A DNA stretch of 64,000 nt, taken from Minisyncoccota bacterium (GTDB lineage Bacteria; Patescibacteriota; Minisyncoccia; Phycocordibacterales; JABAAK01). Both the position numbers and the translations under genes were made by a program. Within the stretch, counting starts at the first letter, position 1; the number at the start of each line of letters is the position of its first letter. Shown here piece after piece: positions 9,195-19,900 of the stretch. The DNA lies in the NCBI GenBank assembly GCA_965222235.1, contig OZ244939.1, forward strand, positions 493,942 through 557,941, read 5' to 3'. The notes under the pieces were generated by a model. That model searched no databases. It was given only the letters and a program-made list of their open reading frames with translations, and was not told the DNA's origin.

Positions 9195-10286
9195 TTGGCG
9201 GACGGGAAGTGTGCTACACTGAACATCATGAAAAAAGAAAATCATATCATGATTCGTATATCAACCGGAACGATAATGATTTTTTTCTTTTTACTGATTC
9301 TCGGCTGGTTCTTATATGAAACCAGATCGCTGGTTCTGATTATCATCGCCGCCGTCATATTTTCATTGGCCTTTGATCCGGGGAAGCGCTTTCTTGCCCG
9401 GCTGAAGATACCGGAGCCGATAGCGGTACTGATACTGTATATGGTGGTGTTTTTCATACTCATCTTTTTCCTGTATTCATTCATACCGATATTTATACAG
9501 CAGTATCAGGTCTTCTTAAACACACTTCCCGTTGCCGCGGAGACGGTGCAGGATTTCCTTGCCGGCACTATTCTGGAGGGTGTTATTATCACCGATGAAC
9601 TGGGAGCGTTTCTTAAAAACGCGGAATATGTAACGCAGCCGCTTCAGGCGATTATCAAGGCGCTCGGGGTGAGCGTATCGTCAACATTCGGCGGGCTGGT
9701 TAATATAGTACTGTTTCTCCTGCTCACGTTTCTTTTCTCGATCAATCCGAAGTCGCTTGATAATTTTCTCTTTGTTATCACGCCGAAACAGTACCGGAAG
9801 TATGTGAACAATCTTTGGGGCAGGACAAAAGTTAAAATGGGACAGTGGTTTCAGGGGCAGATGGTGCTCGTCTTCCTCATCAGCGTGCTCACATACTTCT
9901 CTCTTCTCATTATCGGCGTACCGAACGCGCTGTTCCTCGCGATTTTTGCCGGTGCGATGGAGATTGTGCCGATATTCGGTCCGCTGATCGGCGCCATCCC
10001 CGCGGTGCTCATGGCGCTGACAACCGGCGATCTGACCACAGTGATCCTCACTGTAACCGTGTTTGTCATCATCCAGCAGCTTGAAAATACGCTCATCTAC
10101 CCGCTCGTTGTCAGTAAGGTGGTGGGCATTTCATCCGTGCTCATCGTGCTCGCTATTGTTATCGGCGGATCCATCGGCGGCTTCATCGGGGTGCTCATTG
10201 CCGTTCCGCTCGCAGCGGTGATACAGGAATTTTTCAATGATGTGAAGTCGGGGAATCTTCAGAAACTGAGCGAATCCGACACGTAG
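9195..10286 (+). CDS. AI-2E family transporter (UPF0118 / PerM-like)
   Basis: Eight-TM topology with the characteristic EIVPIFGPLIGAIPAVLMAL motif. Confidence 0.7.
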   Translation: MADGKCATLNIMKKENHIMIRISTGTIMIFFFLLILGWFLYETRSLVLIIIAAVIFSLAFDPGKRFLARLKIPEPIAVLILYMVVFFILIFFLYSFIPIFIQQYQVFLNTLPVAAETVQDFLAGTILEGVIITDELGAFLKNAEYVTQPLQAIIKALGVSVSSTFGGLVNIVLFLLLTFLFSINPKSLDNFLFVITPKQYRKYVNNLWGRTKVKMGQWFQGQMVLVFLISVLTYFSLLIIGVPNALFLAIFAGAMEIVPIFGPLIGAIPAVLMALTTGDLTTVILTVTVFVIIQQLENTLIYPLVVSKVVGISSVLIVLAIVIGGSIGGFIGVLIAVPLAAVIQEFFNDVKSGNLQKLSESDT

Positions 10287-10295
10287 TCCGTCCCT

Positions 10296-11439
10296 ACATT
10301 CAAACTTCTAATTGAACACCTGTCAGTTTGTAATATGCCATCCTCTGGAGATTGACACCGGTCATGCGGTAGAATACCTCGTAAGGGGTCAGACCAGTAA
10401 GGCGTTTCCTGGGACGGGTATTCAATAGGTACTCAACCTTGGCAATGTCACGGTCATTGCTTTTGTCAAAGTCAGTCCCCTTCGGGAAACACCGACGGAA
10501 CAATCCGTTGGTGTTCTCGTTTGATCCTCTTTCATGAGAGCAGTACGGATGGGCGAAGTAGCAGGAGAGACTGAGTTCTTTTTCAACGGTGCGGTACCCC
10601 CTATTCTCCGCCCCTCTGTCCTGGGTGAGGGTCTTGCGGTATCTCGGAGGGACAGCGCGCATTCGTCTGATGATTGCCGCGTCACAGGACTCAGCGGTAC
10701 CGTCTTTTGTTTTCTCAAAGAATGCCAGACCGGTCATCTTTTCATTCATACTCTTTACCCTAACGCTGCTTTTCCTTGAGAGCATGGTGTCACCTTCCCA
10801 ATGACCGATTACCCCCTCTATCCCCGGTCTCTCCTCAATGGAGGGCAAGGCCGCTCTTCGTTCTGTTTTCTGTGTGTTTCTCACTCCTTGCCGTATGCGT
10901 CTCTTCCTTCTTCTCGGCAGAAGAGACCGTAAGTCTAGATACCCCGGTTTCACGATACCGTGTCCGCTTTGGTGAATCTGCGCATATATGAAGGTATATA
11001 TCGTCTCATGAGATACCCGCATGGTTGTGTCCTCCGGAAACTCCCGGGGAAGACGAATACTCACCTGCTCGGGAGACCATCCTTCCTCCATCTTCTCCCG
11101 CACATACCCAAGGAGTGCTCTGTCGGTCAGCACTCCTTTCCTCCCCCGGGTGTGTATCCTTTTCTCTGCTTCCCGCTGTGCCCTCAGCGCGCAGTACCGT
11201 CCGACTCCTTTTCTCGGTTTTCCCCCTATTTCCCGATGTATGGTTCCCGGTGACCTGCCCAACTCTTTCGCTATCTCCCGCAGGGATCTCTTGTCAGCAC
11301 AGTATCTCACTTCAATACTACTCCGTTCATGAATATTCAGACGGGTGAACGGTTCCCGTCTCTTTTTCTTTGCTTTTGTCATATGTCTCCAGTATTACTT
11401 GGTATATGACAGGTGTTCTATTATTTGTTTGAACTTAGG
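10296..11439 (-). mobile_element. IS30-family insertion sequence (~1.14 kb) with imperfect terminal inverted repeats
   Basis: Encodes a complete IS30 transposase. The ends share an imperfect inverted repeat with a conserved core (left ...ttcaaac..gaacacctgtca..; right ..tgacaggtgttc..gtttgaac..). The right-end 51 bp recurs identically at 20718-20768. Confidence 0.75.
10300..11382 (-). CDS. IS30-family DDE transposase
   Basis: N-terminal HTH followed by a DDE region with the IS30 signature IGHWEGDTM ... LTQDRGAEN ... SNENTNGLFRRCFPKGTDF. Confidence 0.9.
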   Translation of the reverse strand: MTKAKKKRREPFTRLNIHERSSIEVRYCADKRSLREIAKELGRSPGTIHREIGGKPRKGVGRYCALRAQREAEKRIHTRGRKGVLTDRALLGYVREKMEEGWSPEQVSIRLPREFPEDTTMRVSHETIYTFIYAQIHQSGHGIVKPGYLDLRSLLPRRRKRRIRQGVRNTQKTERRAALPSIEERPGIEGVIGHWEGDTMLSRKSSVRVKSMNEKMTGLAFFEKTKDGTAESCDAAIIRRMRAVPPRYRKTLTQDRGAENRGYRTVEKELSLSCYFAHPYCSHERGSNENTNGLFRRCFPKGTDFDKSNDRDIAKVEYLLNTRPRKRLTGLTPYEVFYRMTGVNLQRMAYYKLTGVQLEV

Positions 11440-11489
11440 GTCCCGCTGTTTGCGCCGCCCGACCATATGTGCTACTGTTACCCGTATAT

Positions 11490-11939
11490 ATGGGAAACAA
11501 AAAAACGGAGCATATCTATGAAGTCAGTTACCATTTGCTCCCGTCATTGTCTGATGATGAACGGGAGCGTATCGTTGCCGATATCCGCGGCGGTGTGGCC
11601 CAGGAAGGGGAGATATTGTCCGTTGAGGAGCTGCTGCGTGTTGATTTGGCATACACCATCCGGCATACGGTCCGGCAGGGCGACGGCTCGTACATGAAAT
11701 ATGACGACGCATATTTCGGATCCGTGAAGCTCCGCGCACCGCAGGAATATATGCAAAAACTGCATCAGCATTTGCAGTCAAATGAATCCGTGCTGCGCTT
11801 TCTCATTGTTGAAACTGTTGCGGAGGATACGCGCATCGGCGAACCGCTCCCCGGCGAAGCGCAGCCGGAAAACGCAGCTCCGGCGGAAAAAGAGTCAGAG
11901 CGGCGGGTAGTGAGAAATACGGCGCAGTATCAGGTATAA
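11490..11939 (+). CDS. rpsF: 30S ribosomal protein S6 with an acidic C-terminal extension
   Basis: The S6-like core is YEVSYHLLPSLSDDERERIVADIRGGVAQEGEI...VDLAYTIRH and sits in the rpsF-ssb-rpsR gene order. Start set at the in-frame ATG at 11490 (MGNKK) rather than the track's 11469. Confidence 0.75.
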   Translation: MGNKKTEHIYEVSYHLLPSLSDDERERIVADIRGGVAQEGEILSVEELLRVDLAYTIRHTVRQGDGSYMKYDDAYFGSVKLRAPQEYMQKLHQHLQSNESVLRFLIVETVAEDTRIGEPLPGEAQPENAAPAEKESERRVVRNTAQYQV

Positions 11940-11942
11940 TAA

Positions 11943-12413
11943 TTGGGTATGAATATAAATAAGGTAATGATATACGGCAATCTGACGCGCGACCCCGAAA
12001 TTCGCCAGCTCCCGAGCGGCATGAATGTTGCCAATCTCGGTATAGCGACCAACCGATACTATAACAACCAGGAGGGAAATCGGGTGGAGGAAGTTGAATA
12101 TCACAATGTTGTGCTGTTCGGCCGGCTTGCCGATCTCGCGCAGCAGTATATGTCGCGGGGGAAGAGTGTGTTCATAGAGGGACGGCTTCGCACGGGCAGC
12201 TGGGATGACAAGGAAACGGGACAGAAGCGGTACAAGACCGAAATCGTCGGTGAGCAGATGCAGTTCGGACCCCGGCGCGACGGGGAAAACGCCGCTCCGG
12301 CACCGGCGGCGAAAGGTGCGGCTCCCGCACAGTCCGCTCCGGCGGCGAAAGGTGCGGCTCCCGCGCCCGACTATCCGGAAGCGACCATCAACCCCGATGA
12401 CATTCCGTTTTAA
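11943..12413 (+). CDS. ssb: single-stranded DNA-binding protein
   Basis: OB-fold (VMIYGNLTRDPEIRQLPSG...NVVLFGRLADLAQQY) with a Gly/Ala/Pro-rich tail ending in the conserved acidic tip DDIPF. The tail contains a 30-bp direct repeat (APAAKGAAPA x2). Confidence 0.9.
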   Translation: MGMNINKVMIYGNLTRDPEIRQLPSGMNVANLGIATNRYYNNQEGNRVEEVEYHNVVLFGRLADLAQQYMSRGKSVFIEGRLRTGSWDDKETGQKRYKTEIVGEQMQFGPRRDGENAAPAPAAKGAAPAQSAPAAKGAAPAPDYPEATINPDDIPF

Positions 12414-12414
12414 T

Positions 12415-12630
12415 ATGAAGCATTGGGGAAAGAAAAAGTGTTATTTTTTGTCAAACAGTATAACTCATGTTGACTATCGCGACACGCATCTGCTGCAGCG
12501 GTTTACGGATCCGCACGGCAGGCTGTTCCCGCGGAAGAGAACGGGACTGTGCGCCAAATACCAGCGGAAAGTCGCGTTGGCCGTAAAGCGGGCGCGGTAC
12601 ATGGCACTGTTGCCGTATGTGCGGCAGTAG
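12415..12630 (+). CDS. rpsR: 30S ribosomal protein S18
   Basis: MKHWGKKKCYFLSNSITHVDYRDTHLLQRFTDPHGRLFPRKRTGLCAKYQRKVALAVKRARYMALLPY matches the S18 consensus. It forms the 3' part of listed ORF 12205..12630, in the same frame. Confidence 0.85.
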   Translation: MKHWGKKKCYFLSNSITHVDYRDTHLLQRFTDPHGRLFPRKRTGLCAKYQRKVALAVKRARYMALLPYVRQ

Positions 12631-13197
12631 TTATTTCACCCGTTCGACATATTCACCGGTTTCGGTGTTGACTCTGATATATTCGCCGGCTTGTATAAAC
12701 AGGGGTGTTGTAACTGACGCGCCAGTTTCCGTAACGACCCGCTTGGTGCCGCCTTGCGCAGTGTTGCCGCGCACGCCCGGAGGTGCTTCTTTCACCAGCA
12801 GATCAACCTTAATCGGCAGCCGAACGGTGAGGACGGCGGTATCTTCAAACAATGCGGTAATGGGAGTGCCCGCCGGCACAAGATCAACGCCCCGCAGGGT
12901 GCCCGCCGGCACCTCAATCCTCCCCGATGCCTTTCCGGCGGGGTGTATCATCAGCATACCTCCTTTCGCATATACGAAAACATAGTCTTTCTTTTCAATA
13001 CTGACCGATTCAAAGGTGTCTGACGGGTGCAGCGTTTTCGTCACCACGGCGCCGGTTTTCACATTCCTGATGCGCACCTGATTTGATCCTTTCTGCCTGC
13101 TTTTCTTTGAAAAGACGGCATCCACGGTTTCATAGACCGTTCCGTCTGTTTTAAAAAAGACACCCTGCTGTATATCCGTGTACTTCAACAAAGACAT
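12631..13197 (-). CDS. efp: elongation factor P
   Basis: Full-length EF-P-like sequence with three beta-barrel domains; the loop KGGMLMIHPAGKASGRIEVPAG aligns to the KPGKG modification-loop region. Confidence 0.85.
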   Translation of the reverse strand: MSLLKYTDIQQGVFFKTDGTVYETVDAVFSKKSRQKGSNQVRIRNVKTGAVVTKTLHPSDTFESVSIEKKDYVFVYAKGGMLMIHPAGKASGRIEVPAGTLRGVDLVPAGTPITALFEDTAVLTVRLPIKVDLLVKEAPPGVRGNTAQGGTKRVVTETGASVTTPLFIQAGEYIRVNTETGEYVERVK

Positions 13198-13203
13198 GCG
13201 CCG

Positions 13204-14235
13204 TTATTCGTTAATTTTTTTCCGTATTTCCCGCTCAAGATCATGTTTGAGCTTGGTGTTTTCCGCAAGGGTCGTGCGCGCCGCGTCATAGCCGCGGCCC
13301 AGTTTCTCCTCGCCGTATGAATATGACGCACCGCCTTTCTTCTCAACCAGTCCGTATTTTTCTCCGAGCGCAAGCAGTTCACCCTCGCGGGTGATGCCCT
13401 CGTTGTACATCAGGTCAAACTCGGCGGTGCGATACGGCGCACCGACCTTATTCTTCACCACTTTGACACGCACCCGGTTGCCTTTCACTTCATCGCCCTT
13501 CTTGATCTGTGCGATGCGCCGCACATCCATTCTCAGCGAGCTGTAGAATTTCAGCGCCTTGCCGCCCGGGGTGGTTTCTGGATTGCCGAACATAACGCCG
13601 ATCTGCATGCGGATCTGGTTGATAAATACGATTGCCGTTGAGGAACGGGCGACAATCGCCGTGAGCTTTCTGAGCGCCTGGCTCATCAGCCGCGCCTGGC
13701 GCCCGACATGATGTTCTCCCATATCCCCCTCAATCTCCGCCTTCGGCGTGAGCGCGGCGACAGAGTCAATGACGATGACATCCACGGTGTTGGTGCGCAC
13801 GAGCGAATCGGTAATATCCAGCGCCTGCTCTCCGGTATCCGGCTGGGATACCAGAAGATCTTTCACTTTCACGCCGATGCGACGCGCATATTCCGGATCA
13901 AGCGCGTGCTCGGCATCCACGAAAGCACACACACCGCCCAGTTTCTGTGCCTCGGCGACAATGTGGAGTGCGAGTGTTGTCTTACCGGACGATTCAGGGC
14001 CGAATATTTCAATGATTCTTCCGCGCGGCACACCGCCGACACCGATTGCGGCATCCAGTCCGAGGGAGCCGGTGGGAACCGCATTAATTTTTTGCTTCGG
14101 CATCTCGCCCATGATCATGATGGAGTCCTCGCCGAATTTTGTTTTAATATTCGCGAGTGCGTTCCGTAACACTTCGCTGTCTTTCTTCGCTTCCTTCTTA
14201 TCTCTCGTCTTCGCTGTTTTCTTCGTTGATGTCAT
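13204..14235 (-). CDS. recA: recombinase RecA with a Lys-rich N-terminal extension
   Basis: Walker [14 protein letters not shown], the L1/L2 loop regions and canonical RecA N-terminal helix ([15 protein letters not shown]). Preceded by ~20 Lys-rich residues. Confidence 0.95.
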   Translation of the reverse strand: MTSTKKTAKTRDKKEAKKDSEVLRNALANIKTKFGEDSIMIMGEMPKQKINAVPTGSLGLDAAIGVGGVPRGRIIEIFGPESSGKTTLALHIVAEAQKLGGVCAFVDAEHALDPEYARRIGVKVKDLLVSQPDTGEQALDITDSLVRTNTVDVIVIDSVAALTPKAEIEGDMGEHHVGRQARLMSQALRKLTAIVARSSTAIVFINQIRMQIGVMFGNPETTPGGKALKFYSSLRMDVRRIAQIKKGDEVKGNRVRVKVVKNKVGAPYRTAEFDLMYNEGITREGELLALGEKYGLVEKKGGASYSYGEEKLGRGYDAARTTLAENTKLKHDLEREIRKKINE

Positions 14236-14563
14236 ATGCTGTTATGGTTAGGGGTAGATGGATAATGGTTTCCCGTTTTTGTCTGCTTTCCGCATACACC
14301 TCCACTATACTATCTCCCACGGGAAGCAGCATCTTTTTCTCAAAAAAGCCGTCAGGGTTGGGAAATATCCGCTGGTCGTTCACCGTCAGGTAGACGGCGT
14401 GCTCGGCAAATCCCTGGAGGGTGAAGATCTGCGGCACGACGGCGTTAGGTTTCGGGGAATATATGGCAAGTTCGGGACCGAATAGGGTGGTCTGGGCCCG
14501 GGATATGCCGTAGGCGGCGGTGCCGATAACGAGGAGGAGTGCAAGGACAATATGGAGGCGCAT
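14198..14563 (-). CDS. hypothetical small secreted protein
   Basis: Signal-peptide-like N-terminus ([19 protein letters not shown]). Lies between ftsK and recA on the same strand and overlaps the recA start by 38 nt. Confidence 0.4.
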   Translation of the reverse strand: MRLHIVLALLLVIGTAAYGISRAQTTLFGPELAIYSPKPNAVVPQIFTLQGFAEHAVYLTVNDQRIFPNPDGFFEKKMLLPVGDSIVEVYAESRQKRETIIHLPLTITAYDINEENSEDER

Positions 14564-14576
14564 ATATCAATATATA

Positions 14577-16685
14577 CTACACTTCTTCGTGTTCCGGTTC
14601 GTTCCCGCTGTCCTCAACCAAGATTTCCCGCGGCTTGGAGCCGACCTGCGGACCGACAACCCCCCGTTCTTCCAGGATATCAATGAGCCGGGCGGCCCGG
14701 GAGTAGCCGATTTTCAGCTTGCGCTGCAGGAGCGAGGTAGACGCTTTCTGCGCCTGTATGACGGTCTCCCGCGCCTCAACATAGAGATCGTCATCCTCAT
14801 CGCCCGCTGTGAATGCGCCTCCTCCTCCGCTCTGTTTCTGAGTCACGTCAATCAGCCCCTCGGCGACACCGTTTTCCTTGATGATGTACTGCGTGACCTT
14901 CTTGACTTCCGCTTCGTCAATATATGCGGACTGTATACGCACCGGCTTCTTATTTTCGGCGGAGGAATAGAGGAGGTCGCCGCCGCCGATGAGATTTTCG
15001 GCGCCGGTGGCGTCAAGAATGGTTCGTGAATCAATACCGGATGCCACCTGCAGCGCGATACGCACCGGCACATTCGCCTTAACAATGCCGGTAATGATGT
15101 TCACCGACGGTCGTTGAGTGGAGATGATGAGGTGGATGCCGACGGCACGGCTTTTCTGGGTAATCCGCACAATATTACCCTCAATTTCACGGGGAAAACT
15201 CTGCATCAAATCGGCCAGCTCGTCAACGATGACGACCAGATACGGTATATATTCGTCATTATCCCGCACGGTGCTGTTGTATGACGAGATATCGCGCGCT
15301 CCCGCCCTCTCCAACAGCTCATACCGCCGCTCCATCTCGACGACAGTCCAGGCGAGCGCCTGCAGGGCTTTTTTCGGATCGGTAATGGGCTCGGTGTAGA
15401 GGTGGGGTATGCCCTTGTACAGCGTCAGCTCAACCCGCTTCGGATCAATGAATATGAAACGTAAATCCTGAGGACCGTAGGTGAAAAGCAGGGAGAGGAT
15501 GAAGTTGTGCACCAACACGCTCTTGCCCGATCCGGTTGTGCCGGCGACCAGCGCGTGGGGCATCTTTGACAGACTCTTTGTGAACACGGTGCCGTCAATG
15601 GTTTTACCGACTGCCAGTGGCAGGGAACCCTTGGTTTTGGCGAACGCCTGGGATTCAAGCAGGGTACGCAAACCGACGATTGCCCGGGCTGAGTTCGGCA
15701 CCTCAATGCCGACGAGGGATTCACCGGGTATTGGCGCCTCAATGCGGATAGGGTGAGCGGCGAGCGCCAGCTCCAGATTTTGCTGCAAACTGGTGATTTT
15801 TGATAGGCGGACGCCTTCGGCGGGCCGCACAGCGTACCGTGTGAAAGTCGGACCGACCGTGATTTCCTCAACTTCCACATCAATTTTGAAGTTCTGGAGC
15901 GTTCTGGTAATCGTCTGTGCCTGTGCTTTGGTATTTTCAGCCCGTCCCTTGCCCTTTTCGGCGCTCAGAAGTGAGAGCGGAGGGGCAACATATTCGACAA
16001 AATGCTGCTGCCGGCGCAGATCCTCCTCATCCTCATCTTCCTCTTCTTCATCCTCCTCATCCTCATCATCTTCCTCTTCTTCATCCTCCTCCTCATCCTC
16101 ATCATCATATTCATCCTCATCTTCCTCATCCTCTTCTTCATCCTCATCATCATATTCCTCTTCCTCTTTCACATTATTCAGCCATTTCCATAGCGCAACC
16201 GGTGAAAAGATGGTCAGTATGTAGAGCGCACCGAGTATGCCGAGGGGAATGAGGATATAGGCGAATGTGCCGAGTATCCGCGACAGGTTGGTGAACAGCA
16301 TGTTGCCGAGCACGCCGCCGAGTGTATCAGAACTTGCTCCCAGTATTGCCGCGATGCTGAGAAAGCCGAGCACGCCGCCGAGCCAGAGCCGTCGTTGTGA
16401 TATGGGTCGTATGGTAGTTATCAAATACGCGCCGTAGACGGCGAGAAAGAATATAAGCAGGATAAAATTCCAGCCGAGCAGTGCCGGACTGTCCGGTCGC
16501 ATGAACAGAAACTCCCGGACGGCGATGCCGAACGATCCGGCACCGTTCAGAGCGACAAATGAGAAAAACAGCACGAGCAACAGAAAAAAAGTGCCGATGC
16601 TGATTTCACATACGCGGGCGGGGATTGATTGGAACCACGCGATACATCTTCGAATGAGTAATTGTTTTTTTTGTCTCCTCGGCAT
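14577..16685 (-). CDS. ftsK: DNA translocase FtsK/SpoIIIE with a ~50-residue poly-Asp/Glu insert
   Basis: N-terminal TM helices, a Walker A motif (GTTGSGKS) and an FtsK gamma-like winged-helix C-terminus. An acidic low-complexity stretch EEEEYDDEDEEEDEEDEDEYDDEDEEEDEEEEDDEDEEDEEEEDEDEED is encoded by a GAA/GAG/GAT simple-sequence tract. Confidence 0.9.
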   Translation of the reverse strand: MPRRQKKQLLIRRCIAWFQSIPARVCEISIGTFFLLLVLFFSFVALNGAGSFGIAVREFLFMRPDSPALLGWNFILLIFFLAVYGAYLITTIRPISQRRLWLGGVLGFLSIAAILGASSDTLGGVLGNMLFTNLSRILGTFAYILIPLGILGALYILTIFSPVALWKWLNNVKEEEEYDDEDEEEDEEDEDEYDDEDEEEDEEEEDDEDEEDEEEEDEDEEDLRRQQHFVEYVAPPLSLLSAEKGKGRAENTKAQAQTITRTLQNFKIDVEVEEITVGPTFTRYAVRPAEGVRLSKITSLQQNLELALAAHPIRIEAPIPGESLVGIEVPNSARAIVGLRTLLESQAFAKTKGSLPLAVGKTIDGTVFTKSLSKMPHALVAGTTGSGKSVLVHNFILSLLFTYGPQDLRFIFIDPKRVELTLYKGIPHLYTEPITDPKKALQALAWTVVEMERRYELLERAGARDISSYNSTVRDNDEYIPYLVVIVDELADLMQSFPREIEGNIVRITQKSRAVGIHLIISTQRPSVNIITGIVKANVPVRIALQVASGIDSRTILDATGAENLIGGGDLLYSSAENKKPVRIQSAYIDEAEVKKVTQYIIKENGVAEGLIDVTQKQSGGGGAFTAGDEDDDLYVEARETVIQAQKASTSLLQRKLKIGYSRAARLIDILEERGVVGPQVGSKPREILVEDSGNEPEHEEV
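15990..16170 (-). repeat. GAn/GAT simple-sequence tract encoding the acidic FtsK linker
   Basis: Visible on the + strand as (tcctc/atcctc/ttcctc)n. It produces spurious poly-S/L/R/K antisense ORFs in the track (15793..16224 and others). Confidence 0.7.
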
Positions 16686-16821
16686 ACCTATGAACTATAT
16701 ATCATCACCATATCACACACTTTGCCCGCTAACCGTGCCCCGGGCACCGATGGCGGAAATCCGGTATGTATGGTCTGAACATACGGCGATACAGGCAAAA
16801 GGCATGTTTTCCACAGGTATT

Positions 16822-16849
16822 TTGACAGGGGTGTAGAAATGGATACAAT
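16822..16849 (+). promoter_or_regulatory. near-consensus sigma70 promoter (TTGACA-16-TACAAT) upstream of the 1229-aa surface protein gene
   Basis: ttgaca at 16822-16827 and tacaat at 16844-16849 with a 16-nt spacer, lying ~90 nt upstream of the ATG at 16940. Confidence 0.45.
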
Positions 16850-16939
16850 GTATCTATCGCACAATAACGGCAGTTCCTGTTGTTTTTATGCGACACAAGA
16901 AATTATTATTTCTAATTAATAGTAAATTCCTAATCGATT

Positions 16940-19900
16940 ATGAAGATTGCAAATAAATTAACTGTAGGGTTGGTTTCTATTGCTTTTGTTACCTCGTCAG
17001 TGATTGCGTTCTCAGCGACAACGTTCGCTCAGGATCCGGTTGCTGATCTGCAGGCACAGCTCGCCGCTTTGACGGCACAGCTGGCTGCGCTGGAGGGAGC
17101 ACCGACCGTGACGACAACGTCAACGGGCGGATCAAGCAATGCAGCATGTCCATACACATGGGCAAGAAACCTTACCATCGGATCTACTGGCGATGACGTC
17201 CGCCAGTTGCAAAGATTCCTTAATGGTAACCCTCAGACTCAAGTAGCGACCTCAGGCACCGGATCTCCGGGCAATGAGACCAGCTACTACGGACCTGCGA
17301 CTGCTCGAGCGGTCAGCAAGTTCCAAGAGATGTACGCTGCACAGATCTTGACCCCCTTGGGATTGACGAAGGGTACCGGCGGATTCTACACATCCACGCG
17401 AAATCATGCGAACAACCTGTGTAGAGTTGCCACACAGAGGGCTCCGAGCCCTCGTCCTGCTCCAGGAACACCCCGTCCTCCCACATATCCGGAAACCCCT
17501 CGACCGACAGTACCGACGGGTGATACATTGGCGGTGGCTGCCGGAAAGCACCCCGGCGATTCATTCGCAGTGTTGGGTGCTCAGCGAGTACCGTTCACTT
17601 CAATCGTGCTCACTGCCGGAGGCAGTAATGTTCGTGTAGAAGGTATCCGGGTGAAGCAGTTCGGTCTGTCTTCCTCTGATAACTTTGACAGTGTCGCGCT
17701 CGTTGATGTAAACGGCGTGCAGATTGGTTCCTCAAGGAGCCTCAACAGCCGTGACGAAGCACTACTCGGCGGTAACTTTGTTATCCCGAAAAACCGTTCA
17801 GTAACTCTGGCGGTTGTCGGTAACATTGCTGACACTGTTAAGACCGCCAGTCAGTCAGGTCTTCAGTCAGGTGCCGTTGCGGGACTTGAAGTTGTGGAAA
17901 TTTCCGCTGACACGAATGTGGGCGGACAGTTCCCGATTCGAGGTGCCGCACATGTCATGTCTGACAGCATCACACTGCAGAAAGTTGAAGTGGATATTGA
18001 TCGTGCAGAAGGTGAGGTTGAGCTGAACACTGACACCGAAGTCACTTCTATCAAGATCGGCTTCGGCGGAGCAGCTGACGAAGAAGACGGCTATCTCCGA
18101 TCAATCACCCTTGAACAGGACGGAACCGCCGACGAAGACGAAGTCGGTGATGTGGAGATTCTCATAGACGGCGACGAGGTTGAACACAGCATTGTTGTTG
18201 ACGGCGACCGATATGTCATTAACTTTGACAGTCCCGGCGTTATGATTGAAGAGAACGAGGACATTGAAGTTTCGTTGCAGATCAACACCGGAACCGGCGC
18301 AGGAGAAACCGTCAGGTTTATCCTTGACGACCCTGCTGACATCTATGTTGTCGGTAGTAAGTACGGCTATGGTCTGCCGATTGACACTGACGCAAACGGC
18401 GATTTGGCGGCTGATGATGCCGGTACCGGTGAAGAATACACCACCATTCAGGCAGGAGAGATATCGGGAGGTAAAGTGGGTGACTTTGAAGATGAGATTA
18501 CCTACGGCAAAGATCGAGTCCTCGGTGCTCTTGAAGTTGAATTTGAAGGTGAAGACATTCACATGGAAGACCTTACCTTCAGCGTTACACTGGATGCGGA
18601 GCCGTATACCGATGCAAATGATAATGCGTGGGTAGAAGCCGAAGAAGATGAGGTTCGACTGAGCGGTCTGCACCTGCGAATTGACGGTGAGCGAGTGGCT
18701 TCTGCAGATGAAGATGTTGAATTCAAGAAGACCGAAGGCACAGACGGATTAATAACAAAGTCGGTTGATTTCTCTGACAGATTTGAGGTTGATGTCCGCG
18801 GAACTCGCGAGGTATTGTTTGAGATTGTTGCAGACCTTGATGAGGACTGGAGTAACTTTGATAGTTCCACCATTGAGTTCATACTGACTGATGTTGATGA
18901 AGCCGAAGGTGAGGTTTCCGAAGATGACTACACCGCAAATGGTAAGTACTTCTACCCTGACCTAAAATTTGAGAGTGTTACGATCAAAGGAAATCTTGTT
19001 GACTTCAATATCAGCAACAACGGCGTTGACGAAGTGTCATATGTCCACGGTGCTGAAGATGTTGTCTTTGCTACGCTTGAGGTTGACACCGATGACGCGA
19101 TTGATGATATAGAGATTAATGATCTGTATATTTCATTTGAGGCAACGGTAGGTGCTAATCTCCGCGATTTGCGCGATTGTCGTATTCTTGACGAGGGTGG
19201 AAAAGAGATTGGAGACGCAAGCTCTCTGAAGGGTTCGCATGTCAGGTTTGAATCTGACGATTCAACAGCAAACACGACCCCGGTATATGATGACAATGTA
19301 CGGTTCAGGTTTGACAGCGGCGGCTACACAGTAGAAGCCGGCAAGGAGATTGACCTTGATATTGTCTGTGACATTGACGATGATGCAAATGAAGATGACA
19401 CCTACCAGGTGCTTGTGAGAACAGCAACAGACATTCCCAATAAAGATGACGGCAGCAGAGTCAGGTACGAAGTTGGTCGTGATGACTTTACCTTTGATTT
19501 TGAAGACGGTGACTCCGACGAGATTAAGGTATCAGGATCCGGCACGCTGTCCGTTACCACTGACAGTCCCTCTGACGACTTTGTTTTTGCTGTAGCAACC
19601 GGTAAAAGCGGAGGAGCAGACAATGTTGAAGTTCTGGAGATTGATTTGGAAGCCGAAGACGAAGATATTGTCATCAAGGCCATATATCTTGCTGAAGTGA
19701 AGATCAAGGGTGTCGCTGCAACTAAAGAATCACTCGGAAATCTCATTGATACGGCTCGGTTCCGCCTCAACAAGATGGTAACTGCTCGTCCCGGTGACTT
19801 CAAGGAAGTAGATCTTGACACTGATAACGACGCAGAAACCGCTGACGAGAAGGTCCTCGCTCTTGAATTCGACAACATCAGTGGGACCATCAAAGCTGGT

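Noticed and set aside
15793-16252. ORFs encoding poly-Ser, poly-His/Pro and poly-Ile/Leu/Phe peptides (15793..16224, 15917..16252, 16002..16193, 15965..16153)
   Set aside because: All overlap the FtsK acidic linker simple-sequence tract in other frames or strands; they are low-complexity artefacts.
16686-16939. Possible tRNA or other ncRNA in the 250-bp ftsK / surface-protein intergenic region
   Set aside because: No cloverleaf-compatible acceptor/T-arm pairing or GTTCRANYC T-loop motif was found by eye. The region is better explained by the consensus promoter at 16822-16849.
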